In this document: positions 39,967 through 50,449 of the stretch, in pieces
Layout of the letters: the number at the start of each line of letters is the position of its first letter
How positions within the stretch are numbered: position 1 is the stretch's first letter
NCBI GenBank assembly: GCA_902560725.1
Contig: CACEMR010000007.1
Span: 1,995 to 65,994, forward strand
DNA: 64,000 nt
Source: an uncultured Alphaproteobacteria bacterium
Lineage (GTDB): Bacteria > Pseudomonadota > Alphaproteobacteria > HIMB59 > GCA-002718135
Reading direction: 5' to 3'
Program-made: the position numbers and the translations under genes
The notes under the pieces: generated by a model
Seen by the model: only the letters and a program-made list of their open reading frames with translations
Databases searched by the model: none
What the model was told of the DNA's origin: nothing

Positions 39967-40642
39967 ATTTTCTACTTATATTCGTATAATCTTTAATAAT
40001 ATTATCATATTCATTTATCGAAAATTCTGGCCATAAAGTATTAGTAAAGAATAATTCGGTATACGTTAAATTATACATAATAAAATTACTTAATCTTTTA
40101 TAGCCACCAGTTCTAATTAAAATATCTGGATCGTCAATTAAGCCCAAACTAAACAATTCTTTAATTTCTAATTCATTTTCTAAATTTAATGTATTAATTT
40201 TTTTTTTAAATTCTTTGAGAACTTGTGTTATTTCATCTTTAAAGCCATAATTAAAAGCTATATTTAAATTTAAAGAGTTATTAGTTGAGTGAAAATTTTC
40301 AGCTTCATAAAATATATCTATAATTTTCTTTGGTAGATTTTTTCTAGATCCAAAAATTTTAATTTTAATATTTTTTTTAGTAACTAAATCATCAAATAAT
40401 TTAGAAAAATTATTATAAATAATATCATAAATAATATTCAACGAAGGTCTATTGAAATTTTCTGATGAAAGAGTAAATAGAGTTAGATTTGAAATTTTTA
40501 ATGATAATGTATGGTCAACTATTTTTTTAATATTTTCAAAACCTTTTTTGTATCCTTCTACTTTTGAGTAATTATTTTTTTCTGCCCATCTTTTATTACC
40601 GTCTAAAATAAAAGCAACATGACTTAATTGATTATTACCCAA
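39953..40642 (-). CDS. uppS: Undecaprenyl diphosphate synthase (cis-prenyltransferase)
   Basis: HVAFILDGNKRWA, SSEN..RP, DPDILIRTGG..RLSNF, LWPEF; TTG start. Confidence 0.94.
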   Translation of the reverse strand: MGNNQLSHVAFILDGNKRWAEKNNYSKVEGYKKGFENIKKIVDHTLSLKISNLTLFTLSSENFNRPSLNIIYDIIYNNFSKLFDDLVTKKNIKIKIFGSRKNLPKKIIDIFYEAENFHSTNNSLNLNIAFNYGFKDEITQVLKEFKKKINTLNLENELEIKELFSLGLIDDPDILIRTGGYKRLSNFIMYNLTYTELFFTNTLWPEFSINEYDNIIKDYTNISRKYGLQ

Positions 40643-40644
40643 CT

Positions 40645-41187
40645 CTAGACTTTCAAAATATCATTTTTTTTTGACTCTAAAATTTTATCTATTTTTCCAA
40701 TATTTTCATCCGTATTTTTTTGAATATTATCAAGTGTTTTTTTTAGATCATCTTCAGATAAGTTTAGTTCTTTTTTTTCTTTTTTACTATTTTCTATAAA
40801 ATCTCTTCTTATATTTCTTATTGCGACTTTTGATTTTTCAGCATACTCTGAAGCAATTTTTGTTAATTCCTGTCTTCTTTCTTCACTTAGTTTAGGTACT
40901 GGTAGTCTTATTAATTGTCCATCAATTTGAGGATTGATACCTAAATTTGAATCTACAATTGCATTCTCAATAGTTTTTGTAAGTGTGCTGTCCCAAACTT
41001 GAATAGTTATTGTACTAGAATCTGGTATGGAAATATTACCAAGTTGATTTAATGGAGTTTTTGCACCATATGCATCCACAGTAATATTATCTAACATTGA
41101 AGGGTTAGCTCTAGATGTTCTTAAAGAATTTAGCTCTTTTTCAAAATGAGAGATTGCTGTATTCATTTTTTTTTCAATTTGTTCCAT
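40645..41187 (-). CDS. frr: Ribosome recycling factor
   Basis: LRTSRANP, LGINPQ.DG..IRL..P.LSEERR, AIRNIRR. Confidence 0.97.
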   Translation of the reverse strand: MEQIEKKMNTAISHFEKELNSLRTSRANPSMLDNITVDAYGAKTPLNQLGNISIPDSSTITIQVWDSTLTKTIENAIVDSNLGINPQIDGQLIRLPVPKLSEERRQELTKIASEYAEKSKVAIRNIRRDFIENSKKEKKELNLSEDDLKKTLDNIQKNTDENIGKIDKILESKKNDILKV

Positions 41188-41193
41188 AATTAT

Positions 41194-41895
41194 TTAACTA
41201 ATTTTACTATATGATCCCTTATCATTCAAAACATTAATTAATGAGTTAGGTTTAAAAATATTAGTGATATAAATGGGTATTTTTGTATCTTTTGCTAAAC
41301 TTATTGCTGTTAAGTCCATAACTTTAAGATTTTTGTTAATAACATCGCTATATGAAATTTTTTTAATTAATTTAGCTTTAGAATTTTTTAATGGATCACT
41401 ATCATAAATACCATCAACTTTTGTAGCCTTAATAATAAAGCTGCAATCTAATTCAGAAGCTCGAAGGCTAGCAGCAGTATCCGTTGAGAAAAATGGATTA
41501 CCCGTTCCAGCTGCAAAAATTACTATTCTATTTCTTTCCAAATGCCTAATAGCTCTTCTTCTTATATATGGCTCAGCTATTTGTGACATTGAAATTGCTG
41601 ACTGAACTCTTGTTGGGACTTTAATCTTTTCTAAACTGCTTTGAAGTGAAAGAGCATTCATCACAGTTGCCAACATACCCATATAATCAGATGTAGATCG
41701 ATCTATTCCTTCTGATGCTCCTTTAATTCCTCTAAAAATATTTCCACCACCAATTATAAGACAAATTTGATATTTTTTTTTATAAACCTTTTTTATTTCA
41801 TTTGAGATTTTATTGATTGTTGAAACATCAATTCCATAATCAGCCTTACCCATTAAAGACTCACCAGATATTTTTAATAATATTCTTTTAGACAT
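41194..41895 (-). CDS. pyrH: Uridylate kinase
   Basis: [50 protein letters not shown]. Confidence 0.98.
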   Translation of the reverse strand: MSKRILLKISGESLMGKADYGIDVSTINKISNEIKKVYKKKYQICLIIGGGNIFRGIKGASEGIDRSTSDYMGMLATVMNALSLQSSLEKIKVPTRVQSAISMSQIAEPYIRRRAIRHLERNRIVIFAAGTGNPFFSTDTAASLRASELDCSFIIKATKVDGIYDSDPLKNSKAKLIKKISYSDVINKNLKVMDLTAISLAKDTKIPIYITNIFKPNSLINVLNDKGSYSKIS

Positions 41896-42750
41896 TTACA
41901 AAGTTACTATTTGGAAAGAAGTAATTTCATAATTATAATCATCAGAAAAATTTTTAATTATTTCTTTAACAGACTTTTCTTGATCAAGTATATATTTTTG
42001 ATTTAGAAGTGTTACTTCTGAATAAAATTTATTCATCTTTCCATCTAGTATCTTTTCAGCTATTTTTTCAGGCTTGCCAGAACTTAAAATTAATTCTTTT
42101 TGTATTTTTTTTTCATTATCTATAATTTTAGTATCTAAATCATATATATCTATTGACTCTGGTTTCATAGCTGCAACATGCATACATAAATTTTTTGATA
42201 AATTTTTAATCTCATCTTTATTATCATCAGTTTTATAAAGAATGAAAGAAACAATTTTTCCAATATTATTTCTATAACTATTATGAATGTAAAAAGAAAA
42301 ATTATTATTCTGGTTAGGAAATATCAATAATTCATTCAAAACTAAGTTTTCACCAATTTTGGCAATCATACTTTTAAAATAATCTGAAACAGAATTATCT
42401 TCAAAATTAAGATTCATTAAATCTTCTCTATTCATGTTTAAATTATTATTTTTAATTACTAAATTACCTAACTGATCTATAAAATTTAAGAATGTATCAC
42501 TTTTTGCTGCAAAGTCTGTTTCGCTATTTACTTTAATAATTGTAATGATTTTATCATTTGAATAAATACCAACAGCGCCCTCGTTAGCTTCTCTTGATGA
42601 TTTTTTAGAAGCTTTAGCTAGTCCTTTTTTTCTAAGGTATTCTATTGCTTCATCTAAATTATTATTTGTTTCTGATAAAGCATTTTTACAATCTAAAAAT
42701 CCAGCACCGGTTTTATTTCTTAAATCTTTTATTAGATTAGCACTTTCCAT
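41896..42750 (-). CDS. tsf: Translation elongation factor Ts
   Basis: LRNKTGAGFLDCK, NSETDFAA, MHVAAMKP, KPEKIAEKI..GK. Confidence 0.97.
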   Translation of the reverse strand: MESANLIKDLRNKTGAGFLDCKNALSETNNNLDEAIEYLRKKGLAKASKKSSREANEGAVGIYSNDKIITIIKVNSETDFAAKSDTFLNFIDQLGNLVIKNNNLNMNREDLMNLNFEDNSVSDYFKSMIAKIGENLVLNELLIFPNQNNNFSFYIHNSYRNNIGKIVSFILYKTDDNKDEIKNLSKNLCMHVAAMKPESIDIYDLDTKIIDNEKKIQKELILSSGKPEKIAEKILDGKMNKFYSEVTLLNQKYILDQEKSVKEIIKNFSDDYNYEITSFQIVTL

Positions 42751-42769
42751 TTATATGAGCTCCTATATT

Positions 42770-43501
42770 TTATTTGTCTTTACTAACTTCGTCTTTAGGA
42801 TTTATATCCTCAAAGTTTGAAGCATCCTCAATAGTTTCAATAAAATATTTTTTATATAAGTTTATTGATCTTAAAGCATCATCATTACCAGGTATAACAT
42901 AATCAATTAAATCAGGATCTGCATTTGAGTCAACAATACCTACTACTGGAATATTTAACTTTTTAGCTTCTAATACTGCAATTCTATCTTTTAAAACATC
43001 AAATACAACTAATAGATCTGGTTTGCCATTTAATTTTCTTATACCACCTATATTTAAATCTAACTTTTGTCTTTCTCTGGAAATATCCAATAATTCTTTT
43101 TTGGATAAATTTCTTGATGAACTTTCGTCATTTAGGAAATTTTCAATTTCCTCAAGTCTTTTTATCGAATTCGATATAGTATTCCAATTAGTTAACGTGC
43201 CACCTAACCATCTTTTATTGACAAAAAAATTATTTTTAATACTTGCGAGTTCTTTAACAGTATCCTCACATTGTTTTTTTGTTCCAACAAATAGTATCTT
43301 TCCAGATCTACTAATTGTTTCATGAACTTTAATTAATGCGTTATTAAGAAGGTCAACGGTAATTCTTAGATCAAAAATATGAATATTTTTTCTTACGCCA
43401 TAAATATACTGGCTCATTTTTGGATTCCATCTTCTAACATTATGTCCAAAATGGACTCCAGATTCTAGTAGATCTTCTATTTTAATTTCTGGTAAATTCA
43501 T
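42770..43501 (-). CDS. rpsB: 30S ribosomal protein S2
   Basis: [33 protein letters not shown]. Start moved from 43525 (inside the leader RNA) to ATG 43501. Confidence 0.98.
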   Translation of the reverse strand: MNLPEIKIEDLLESGVHFGHNVRRWNPKMSQYIYGVRKNIHIFDLRITVDLLNNALIKVHETISRSGKILFVGTKKQCEDTVKELASIKNNFFVNKRWLGGTLTNWNTISNSIKRLEEIENFLNDESSSRNLSKKELLDISRERQKLDLNIGGIRKLNGKPDLLVVFDVLKDRIAVLEAKKLNIPVVGIVDSNADPDLIDYVIPGNDDALRSINLYKKYFIETIEDASNFEDINPKDEVSKDK

Positions 43502-43511
43502 TTTATCCTCC

Positions 43512-43556
43512 GGTTCTACCTCCACAGAAACAAAAACACCGGTTTTTTCTGTGTGC
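43512..43556 (-). promoter_or_regulatory. rpsB 5' leader cis-regulatory RNA (S2 autogenous operator, t44-like)
   Basis: The minus strand reads GCACAC-AGAAAAAA-CCGGUG-UUUUUG-UUUCUGUG-GAGGUAGAACC. The CACAGAAA/UUUCUGUG stem, CCGG..GU loop and trailing GUGGAGG.A.AACC follow the known t44/rpsB leader layout (recalled). Confidence 0.75.
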
Positions 43557-43596
43557 TAAATTATTGAAGGTCTCTTATTGGAGAAAAAATATATTT

Positions 43597-46500
43597 TCAA
43601 GATGTTTCTAATGAATAATCGAGTATTTTTGAATTTTTTAGCTCATCTAAAGCTTTATATGATTTAATAGAGTACTTATTAAAATTAAAATTTATCAATT
43701 TATCATCCAGGTTTATAAACAGATCTATATCATGCTTTTTTTCAGATGTTTTTTCAAAAACTCTATCTTTTACTGAAATAATATTTTCAACATTAGAATA
43801 AATGCTAAATTTGAATTTATAGTTTCGAAAGTTATTATCTAAAGATGAAACTTTTTTAATTATATATCGAGTATCGGAATTATTTCTAACTATGTCGATA
43901 TAAAAAATTATTAAATTACCTTCTTTTAATATTGGTCTATATTTATATAAATTCTCTCCAAAAATTGTTAATTCATATTGTGTTTCTATTTCTGAAACTG
44001 TAATAAATGCATATTTTTTTCCATCCTTATTTGATCTTTCTTTAATATCAAGAATAGCTCCTGATATCTTTACAGATTGTATGTCTTTTGTATTAATAAT
44101 ATTTTTAAATTTATTTATTTTTTCAATTTCAAAAAATAGCTTAGGGTAATAGTTTAGAGGATGATCAGAGAAATAAAAACCAATAACTTCTAATTCATTA
44201 GATAAAATATCTAAATTTTTCCATTGTTTATAATTTTGGTTAAATAAATTCTTGTCATCAAAAGTAACTTCTTTTTCTTCAAAAAGTAAGTCTTGGTTTA
44301 AATCTTTTTCTCCACCATAAAGTTCAACAAACTTTGGTACATTATAAAATAACTTTGATCTGTTTTGTTCAATACTATCAAACGCTCCTGCTTGAATCAA
44401 TTTTTCAAGTTGTCTTTTATTTATGACATCTCTATTAACTCTTTTCATAAAATCTATTATATTGTTGAACTTTCCATTTTTTTTCCTTTCATTAACAACA
44501 CTAGAAATTGATTTTATTCCTACACCCTTTATTGCAGCAAGACCAAATCTTATTGATTTATTATTTTCCAAATTTTCAATTGAAAATAAAGGTTCAGAAA
44601 AATTAATATCAGGTTTTAAGAAAGGAATATTTAGTCTTTCAATTTCTTGTTTAAGCAAAATTATCTTATCAGTTCTATCAATTGAATAATTTAAAGTTGC
44701 AGTAATAAATTCATGTGCAAAATTAGCCTTTAAGTAGGCAGTTTGATATGAGATTAGAGCATAAGCTGCAGCGTGGCTTTTATTAAAACCATAACCAGCA
44801 AACTTATCAACTAAATCAAATATTTTTGAAGCTTCTTTTTTATCGATACTATTCTGAACAGCTCCATCTATAAATCTTGACTTTTGTTTATCCATTTCTT
44901 TTTGAATTTTTTTACCCATTGCTCTTCTAAGTAAATCTGCTTCACCTAAAGTATAATTAGACAATACTTGTGCAATTTGCATTACTTGTTCTTGATAAAC
45001 GATTATGCCATAAGTTTCTTTTAAAACACTCTCAAGCATAGAATGGATATAATCAATTTTTTCTCTTCCGTGTTTTCTATTACAAAAAGATGGAATATTG
45101 TCCATTGGTCCTGGCCTAAATAAAGCAACAACAGCAATAATCTCTTCAAATTTATCTGGTTGCAGTTGCCGTAAAACACTTCCCATACCATTACTCTCTA
45201 ATTGAAATATACCTACTGTTTCTCCTTTACTTAATTGATCAAAAGTTTTCTGATCGTCAATAGGGATTTCTTCTATTGAAAAATTAGATTTGTTTGATTT
45301 TATTAATTTGATAGCATCATTAATTATTGATAGTGTTGTTAAACCCAAAAAATCAAATTTAATTAAACCAGCTTTTTCAACATATTTCATAGAAAATTGA
45401 GTAGCATTTGTATTAGTATTTTGATCTTTATATAAAGGTACAACTTTTGATATTTTTTCATGTCCAATAACAACGCCAGCTGCATGAGTAGATGCGTGTC
45501 TATGAGTTCCTTCAATTTTTAAGCTAACATCTATTACATTTGAAATTCTTTCATCATTATTAATTCTCTCTTGCAAACTTCTTTCTGATTTAATTGAGTC
45601 ACTTAATGTTAAAGGATTTGATGGATTAAAAGGAATGAGTTTTGAAAATGAGTCAACCTCACCATATGGAACCTCTAAAACTCTTCCTATATCTTTTACT
45701 ACAGCTCTAGGAGCTAAGGTTCCAAAAGTAATTATATGAGCCACACATTCAGATCCATATTTGCGATTTACATACTCTATAACTTCATCTCGTCTAGTTT
45801 GACAAAAATCAATATCAAAATCAGGCATTGAAACTCTTTCAGGATTTAAGAACCTTTCAAATAATAAATTGTATTTTAGTGGATCAATATCAGTAATTCC
45901 TAAAGACCACGCAGCTAGACTTCCAGCTCCAGAGCCTCTTCCGGGTCCGACAGGAATATTATTATCTTTTGCCCAGTTGACAAAATCTGATACAATTAAG
46001 AAATAGCCAGCAAAACCCATTCTAATTATTATTTCATTTTCATAATTAAGTCTTTCAATATAAGTTTTTGGATCATTTAAATTATTTATTCTAATTATTT
46101 CATCTAGTCTGTTTTTTGAAATTTTTAATAAATAATCCTCTTCAGATAAATTTAATTCATTTTGAAATTTAGGTAATTGAGGTGAAGTTTCCTCTGGAAA
46201 AAATGTACATGAAATAGCTATATTTAAATTATTATTAAAGATTTCTGGAATGTCTGAAAAAACAGATTTCATTTCTTCAGAAGATTTAAAATAAATATTT
46301 TCATTTGATATATCTCTTTGTGAATTATTTATGGTAGATTTTTGAGCTATACAGAGTAAAGCATCGTGTGCAGCAAAATCTTCTTTATCTGCATATTTTA
46401 TATTATTTGAACCTATCAGTGGAATATCATATTTTTTGGAATAATTTATGAAGTTTTTTTCAAAACTATCAATATCAGTGTCATTTATTCTTTGAATTTC

Positions 46501-46995
46501 AAATAAAAAATTATTACCAAAAATATCTTTTAACTTAGTAATTAAATTATCTATATCTTTTTTTTTATTTTCTTTATTTAAAAATAATAAAGGATTATAT
46601 TCCCCTCCAATATAACAAAATAAACCTTTTGAATATTCTGGAATTTGTTCCAAGATAATTCCAATATCTTTGAAATTATTAAGATGCGATAATGAACTTA
46701 AATGTAATAAATTTTTATATCCTATTTCATTTTTAACAAGAAATGTAATTTGTGATATTTTATTATTATACTTTATGTCTATTAAATTAATTGAAGTACC
46801 AATAATAGGTTGTATATTATTTTGTATACATTCCTGGGCAAATTCAAACACTCCAAACATATTGTTATTATCTGTTATAGCAATTGCAGGCATGCCATTC
46901 TTCTTAGCATTTGATACTAAATTACTAATTTTAAGTGTGCTTTCAGATAATGAATAAGACGATAATGATCGTAAATGAATAAAAGTATTATTCAT
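43597..46995 (-). CDS. dnaE: DNA polymerase III alpha subunit
   Basis: PHP domain, GPGRGSGAGS, FERFLNPER.SMPDFDIDF, KFDFLGL, GFNKSH, OB fold; no intein. Confidence 0.98.
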   Translation of the reverse strand: MNNTFIHLRSLSSYSLSESTLKISNLVSNAKKNGMPAIAITDNNNMFGVFEFAQECIQNNIQPIIGTSINLIDIKYNNKISQITFLVKNEIGYKNLLHLSSLSHLNNFKDIGIILEQIPEYSKGLFCYIGGEYNPLLFLNKENKKKDIDNLITKLKDIFGNNFLFEIQRINDTDIDSFEKNFINYSKKYDIPLIGSNNIKYADKEDFAAHDALLCIAQKSTINNSQRDISNENIYFKSSEEMKSVFSDIPEIFNNNLNIAISCTFFPEETSPQLPKFQNELNLSEEDYLLKISKNRLDEIIRINNLNDPKTYIERLNYENEIIIRMGFAGYFLIVSDFVNWAKDNNIPVGPGRGSGAGSLAAWSLGITDIDPLKYNLLFERFLNPERVSMPDFDIDFCQTRRDEVIEYVNRKYGSECVAHIITFGTLAPRAVVKDIGRVLEVPYGEVDSFSKLIPFNPSNPLTLSDSIKSERSLQERINNDERISNVIDVSLKIEGTHRHASTHAAGVVIGHEKISKVVPLYKDQNTNTNATQFSMKYVEKAGLIKFDFLGLTTLSIINDAIKLIKSNKSNFSIEEIPIDDQKTFDQLSKGETVGIFQLESNGMGSVLRQLQPDKFEEIIAVVALFRPGPMDNIPSFCNRKHGREKIDYIHSMLESVLKETYGIIVYQEQVMQIAQVLSNYTLGEADLLRRAMGKKIQKEMDKQKSRFIDGAVQNSIDKKEASKIFDLVDKFAGYGFNKSHAAAYALISYQTAYLKANFAHEFITATLNYSIDRTDKIILLKQEIERLNIPFLKPDINFSEPLFSIENLENNKSIRFGLAAIKGVGIKSISSVVNERKKNGKFNNIIDFMKRVNRDVINKRQLEKLIQAGAFDSIEQNRSKLFYNVPKFVELYGGEKDLNQDLLFEEKEVTFDDKNLFNQNYKQWKNLDILSNELEVIGFYFSDHPLNYYPKLFFEIEKINKFKNIINTKDIQSVKISGAILDIKERSNKDGKKYAFITVSEIETQYELTIFGENLYKYRPILKEGNLIIFYIDIVRNNSDTRYIIKKVSSLDNNFRNYKFKFSIYSNVENIISVKDRVFEKTSEKKHDIDLFINLDDKLINFNFNKYSIKSYKALDELKNSKILDYSLETS

Positions 46996-47680
46996 TATTT
47001 AAATGAAGTTTTTTATTAGTAAAATTATAAATTTCATCAGCAAATAATGTAAGTTTTTTGTTATGTGTAACATATACTAAAGTTTTTTTATTTTGTTCTA
47101 TATAATTTATAAAAAAACTAAAAATATTGTTAGCAGTCTCCTCATCAAGATTGCCTGTCATTTCATCTGCTAATATAACATCTGGATTATTTACTAGAGA
47201 TCTAGCTATTGCAACTCTTTGTTGTTCACCACCAGATAATTTTAGAGGCTTATAATCAATTCTATCTTCTAATCCAAAATCAAATAAAATTTTTTTAGAA
47301 ATTTCATATGCTTTATTGTCATTTCTATTAATCAATATCGGAAGCATAACATTTTCGATTACTGACAACTCTGGAATTAAATGAAAAAATTGGTGAATAA
47401 ATCCTATTGATAATCCTCTAAGTTTATTTTTTTCCAATGTTGAATATGAAGAAATATTTTTACCTTTAAATAAATATAATCCATCAAAATCACTATCAAG
47501 TAATCCAATAATATTTAATAATGTTGTTTTACCAGATCCTGAAGGGCCTGTTATTGATACTTTCGAATTCATTTTTAATTTGAAACTCAAATTTTTTATT
47601 AGTTCAATATTTTTATTGTTTTCTAAGATGAATTTCTTATTTAAATCAGAAATTTCAATTAATAAATTTTTTTTATTCAC
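46988..47680 (-). CDS. lolD: Lipoprotein-releasing ABC transporter ATP-binding protein
   Basis: [32 protein letters not shown]; follows lolC/E. Confidence 0.9.
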   Translation of the reverse strand: MNKKNLLIEISDLNKKFILENNKNIELIKNLSFKLKMNSKVSITGPSGSGKTTLLNIIGLLDSDFDGLYLFKGKNISSYSTLEKNKLRGLSIGFIHQFFHLIPELSVIENVMLPILINRNDNKAYEISKKILFDFGLEDRIDYKPLKLSGGEQQRVAIARSLVNNPDVILADEMTGNLDEETANNIFSFFINYIEQNKKTLVYVTHNKKLTLFADEIYNFTNKKLHLNNE

Positions 47681-48923
47681 TTCTTATACTTTGAATTGGA
47701 TCAACTTTAGCAGATCTTAGAGCTGGAAAAATTGTTGAAACTGTTGCTATAATAATAGACGTAATTAATATCAATAATATCTCATTAATACTAATTTTAG
47801 AGGGAAGAGATGACAAATAATATATCTCTTCAGAAAACAATTTAGTATTTAGTATTTTTTCTAAAAATCTTTGAATAGATTGAATATTAACACTAAATAT
47901 AACACCTAGAAATAAACCAAATAAGGAACCAATAAATCCAATTGTTATACCTATTGTGAAAAAAATTTTTACTATGCTATTATTGGTCATCCCCATAGTT
48001 TTTAAAATTCCAATATCTTTATTTTTCTCTTTAACAAATATTATCAAACCTGAAATTATATTTAATGAAGCTACAAGAATAATAAGAGATAATATTATAA
48101 ACATCACATTTTTTTCAACCTTAAGAGCATTCATCAAAGTTCTATTATTTTCCTTCCAAGTTATAGAATAAAAATTATATTTTGATCCTGATATAATTGA
48201 TTTAATCCGTTCATTTAGCTTTTCTATTTCATTAGGTTTTTCTACAAAGAATTCAATTTTATTGTAATGATTATTTTCATATAAAAGTAATTTTCTAACC
48301 AGAGAAGACGATACAAAAATTAAATTTGAGTCATATTCATATAGGCCAAGATCAAATATACCTATAATTTCAAGAGTCTTAAATCTTGGTATATTACCTA
48401 AAATAGTTTTATCAGTTTTAGGTATAGCTATTTTAATTTTATCACCTACTTTCGCATTCATTTGATTGGCTAGAGAGTCACCAATTAATATTTGATTTTT
48501 AGTATTTTTAATTAGAGTCCCATGGATAATAGAATTAAAAAGATAATGATCTTTTTCATAACTATCATACCCCTTAATTAAAACACCTTTAGAATTATTA
48601 TTTTTTATTATTAATCCATTTGTCTCTAATGATTTATAATATTGAACAAATGATGAATCTTTAATTTTTGTCATGATATTAGTTGCATCATTATTATTAA
48701 TTTTTTCATCAAAACTAAAAATATTCAAATGAGAATTTAATCCAATAATTCTATTTGTAAGATCTATCCTAAACCCATTCATTACAGACATAACTATTAT
48801 TACAGCCGCAACACCTAAACTAATACCTATTATAGAGAACCAAGCAAAAATAGATATGTAACCATCGGTTTTCTTTGAAAATAAAAACCTAAAAATCAGT
48901 AATCGTTCTGATTTAGAAAACAT
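47673..48923 (-). CDS. lolC: Lipoprotein-releasing ABC transporter permease LolC/E
   Basis: SIIGISLGVAAVIIVMSVMNGF, EKNVM, KDIGILKTMG, PALRSAKVDP. Confidence 0.92.
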   Translation of the reverse strand: MFSKSERLLIFRFLFSKKTDGYISIFAWFSIIGISLGVAAVIIVMSVMNGFRIDLTNRIIGLNSHLNIFSFDEKINNNDATNIMTKIKDSSFVQYYKSLETNGLIIKNNNSKGVLIKGYDSYEKDHYLFNSIIHGTLIKNTKNQILIGDSLANQMNAKVGDKIKIAIPKTDKTILGNIPRFKTLEIIGIFDLGLYEYDSNLIFVSSSLVRKLLLYENNHYNKIEFFVEKPNEIEKLNERIKSIISGSKYNFYSITWKENNRTLMNALKVEKNVMFIILSLIILVASLNIISGLIIFVKEKNKDIGILKTMGMTNNSIVKIFFTIGITIGFIGSLFGLFLGVIFSVNIQSIQRFLEKILNTKLFSEEIYYLSSLPSKISINEILLILITSIIIATVSTIFPALRSAKVDPIQSIRSE

Positions 48924-50219
48924 TTATATTTTTAATTTATTGTTAATAAAATTGGTTACATCATCTACTTTAATTTTTTCAACTTTATTATTTAGGCGAT
49001 TTTTAAATTCAACAAAACCATTTTTTAAGTCTCTCTTACCTATTATGATCTGAAAGGGAATTCCAATCAATTCATTATCTGATAATTTTTTACCTACACT
49101 ACAAATCCTATCATCTAAAATAACTTCAATCTCATTTTTCATAAAATAATCATAATATTCCATTGATTTTGTGGCACAATCTTGATCATCTGACATTAAA
49201 TTTATAATAGCCAATTTAAAAGGTGCAACTGAAGTTGGCCATTGAATACCTTTTTCATCATGATTAGCTTCAATTATAGCTCCCACAAGTCTAGAAACAC
49301 CAATTCCGTAAGAGCCCATATGCACTGGAATATTTTTTCCATCTTGATCTTGAATATATGCATTTAATTTTTCTGAATATTTAGTTCCAAAGTAAAATAT
49401 ATGCCCTACTTCAATACCTTTTGAAATTTTCAAATCTTTTTTTTGAATTGGGCAGTTTTTTTCATCATGTTGATCGTCAACTGCAGCATAAAATGATTGT
49501 AATTCATTAGGATCAATATTTTCTGGATTTAAAGACTCTAATTTTTTATCATAATATAGAGTACTCTCTCCTGTTTTGGCAAGTATTTGAAATTCATGAC
49601 TTAAGTTTCCCCCAATTGGACCTGTCTCAGCCCTAAGTGAAATTGGTGTGAGACCCATTCTAATAAATGTTTTAATATAAGCTTTAAACATAATATCATA
49701 TGATTTTTTTGCCTCTTCTTCATTAAGATCAAAAGAGTAGTTATCTTTCATTAAAAATTCTCTACCCCTCATAACTCCAAATCTAGGCCTGACTTCATCA
49801 CGAAATTTCCATTGAATATGGTATAAATTTTTAGGGAGATCTTTGTAAGAACTAATATGTGATTGAAATATATCTGTAATTAATTCTTCATTTGTTGGAC
49901 CATAAAGCATTTCTCGTCCACTACGATCAGTTATTCTTAGCATTTCTTTACCATAGTCATCATATCTTCCAGATTTAATCCATAAATCTGAGGATTGAAT
50001 TGTTGGCATAAGTAGCTCTATAGCTCCCGCTCTGTTTTGTTCCTCCCTTACAATATGTTCAATTTTTTTTAAGACTAACAAACCTAATGGAAGCCAAGAA
50101 TAAATACCTGAGCTAGATTGCTTTATCATTCCTGCTCTAATCATTAATTTATGAGATATAATTTCTGCATCTGATGGTACATCCTTAAGAGTTGGAAGAA
50201 AAAAATTTGAATACTTCAT
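48924..50219 (-). CDS. proS: Proline--tRNA ligase (short type lacking the INS editing domain)
   Basis: SHKLMIRAG, GPTNEE, FRDEVRPRFG.MRGREF.MKD, GIEVGHIF, GIGVSRL. Confidence 0.97.
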   Translation of the reverse strand: MKYSNFFLPTLKDVPSDAEIISHKLMIRAGMIKQSSSGIYSWLPLGLLVLKKIEHIVREEQNRAGAIELLMPTIQSSDLWIKSGRYDDYGKEMLRITDRSGREMLYGPTNEELITDIFQSHISSYKDLPKNLYHIQWKFRDEVRPRFGVMRGREFLMKDNYSFDLNEEEAKKSYDIMFKAYIKTFIRMGLTPISLRAETGPIGGNLSHEFQILAKTGESTLYYDKKLESLNPENIDPNELQSFYAAVDDQHDEKNCPIQKKDLKISKGIEVGHIFYFGTKYSEKLNAYIQDQDGKNIPVHMGSYGIGVSRLVGAIIEANHDEKGIQWPTSVAPFKLAIINLMSDDQDCATKSMEYYDYFMKNEIEVILDDRICSVGKKLSDNELIGIPFQIIIGKRDLKNGFVEFKNRLNNKVEKIKVDDVTNFINNKLKI

Positions 50220-50449
50220 TTATTAAATATATTTGATAAATCAAATCCAAATAAAATCAAAAAAAATAAAATTATAACAGTTAATAATGAAGTTATTATA
50301 AATTTTATGAGTAAATATGGTTTATCTGGAGCACTTTTGGCATGTCCAGATTCTATTTTTTTTGGAGATTTAATCTTAAGTGGTAAAAAAATAAAAAATA
50401 AAATCCACCAAATAAGAATAGAAATTAAAAAATAAGTAAAAACTGCCAT
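50216..50449 (-). CDS. DUF1467 family small membrane protein
   Basis: WWILFFIFLP, GHAKSAP..P, two TM helices; conserved alphaproteobacterial position upstream of proS. Confidence 0.8.
   Translation of the reverse strand: MAVFTYFLISILIWWILFFIFLPLKIKSPKKIESGHAKSAPDKPYLLIKFIITSLLTVIILFFLILFGFDLSNIFNK

Noticed and set aside
43502-43525. N-terminal extension MEVEPEDK on RpsB; similar extensions on LexA, NuoI and NuoN
   Set aside because: These are longest-ORF artefacts. The upstream starts fall in the leader RNA, the operator or the previous gene; downstream ATGs give normal N-termini.
46200-46995. DnaE PHP domain missing metal-binding His residues (HLRSLS, AITDNNN)
   Set aside because: Degenerate PHP sites are typical of proteobacterial DnaE, which uses a separate epsilon subunit for proofreading.
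48924-50219. ProRS lacking the INS editing domain
   Set aside because: The short ProRS type is normal for many alphaproteobacteria; it is not a truncation.
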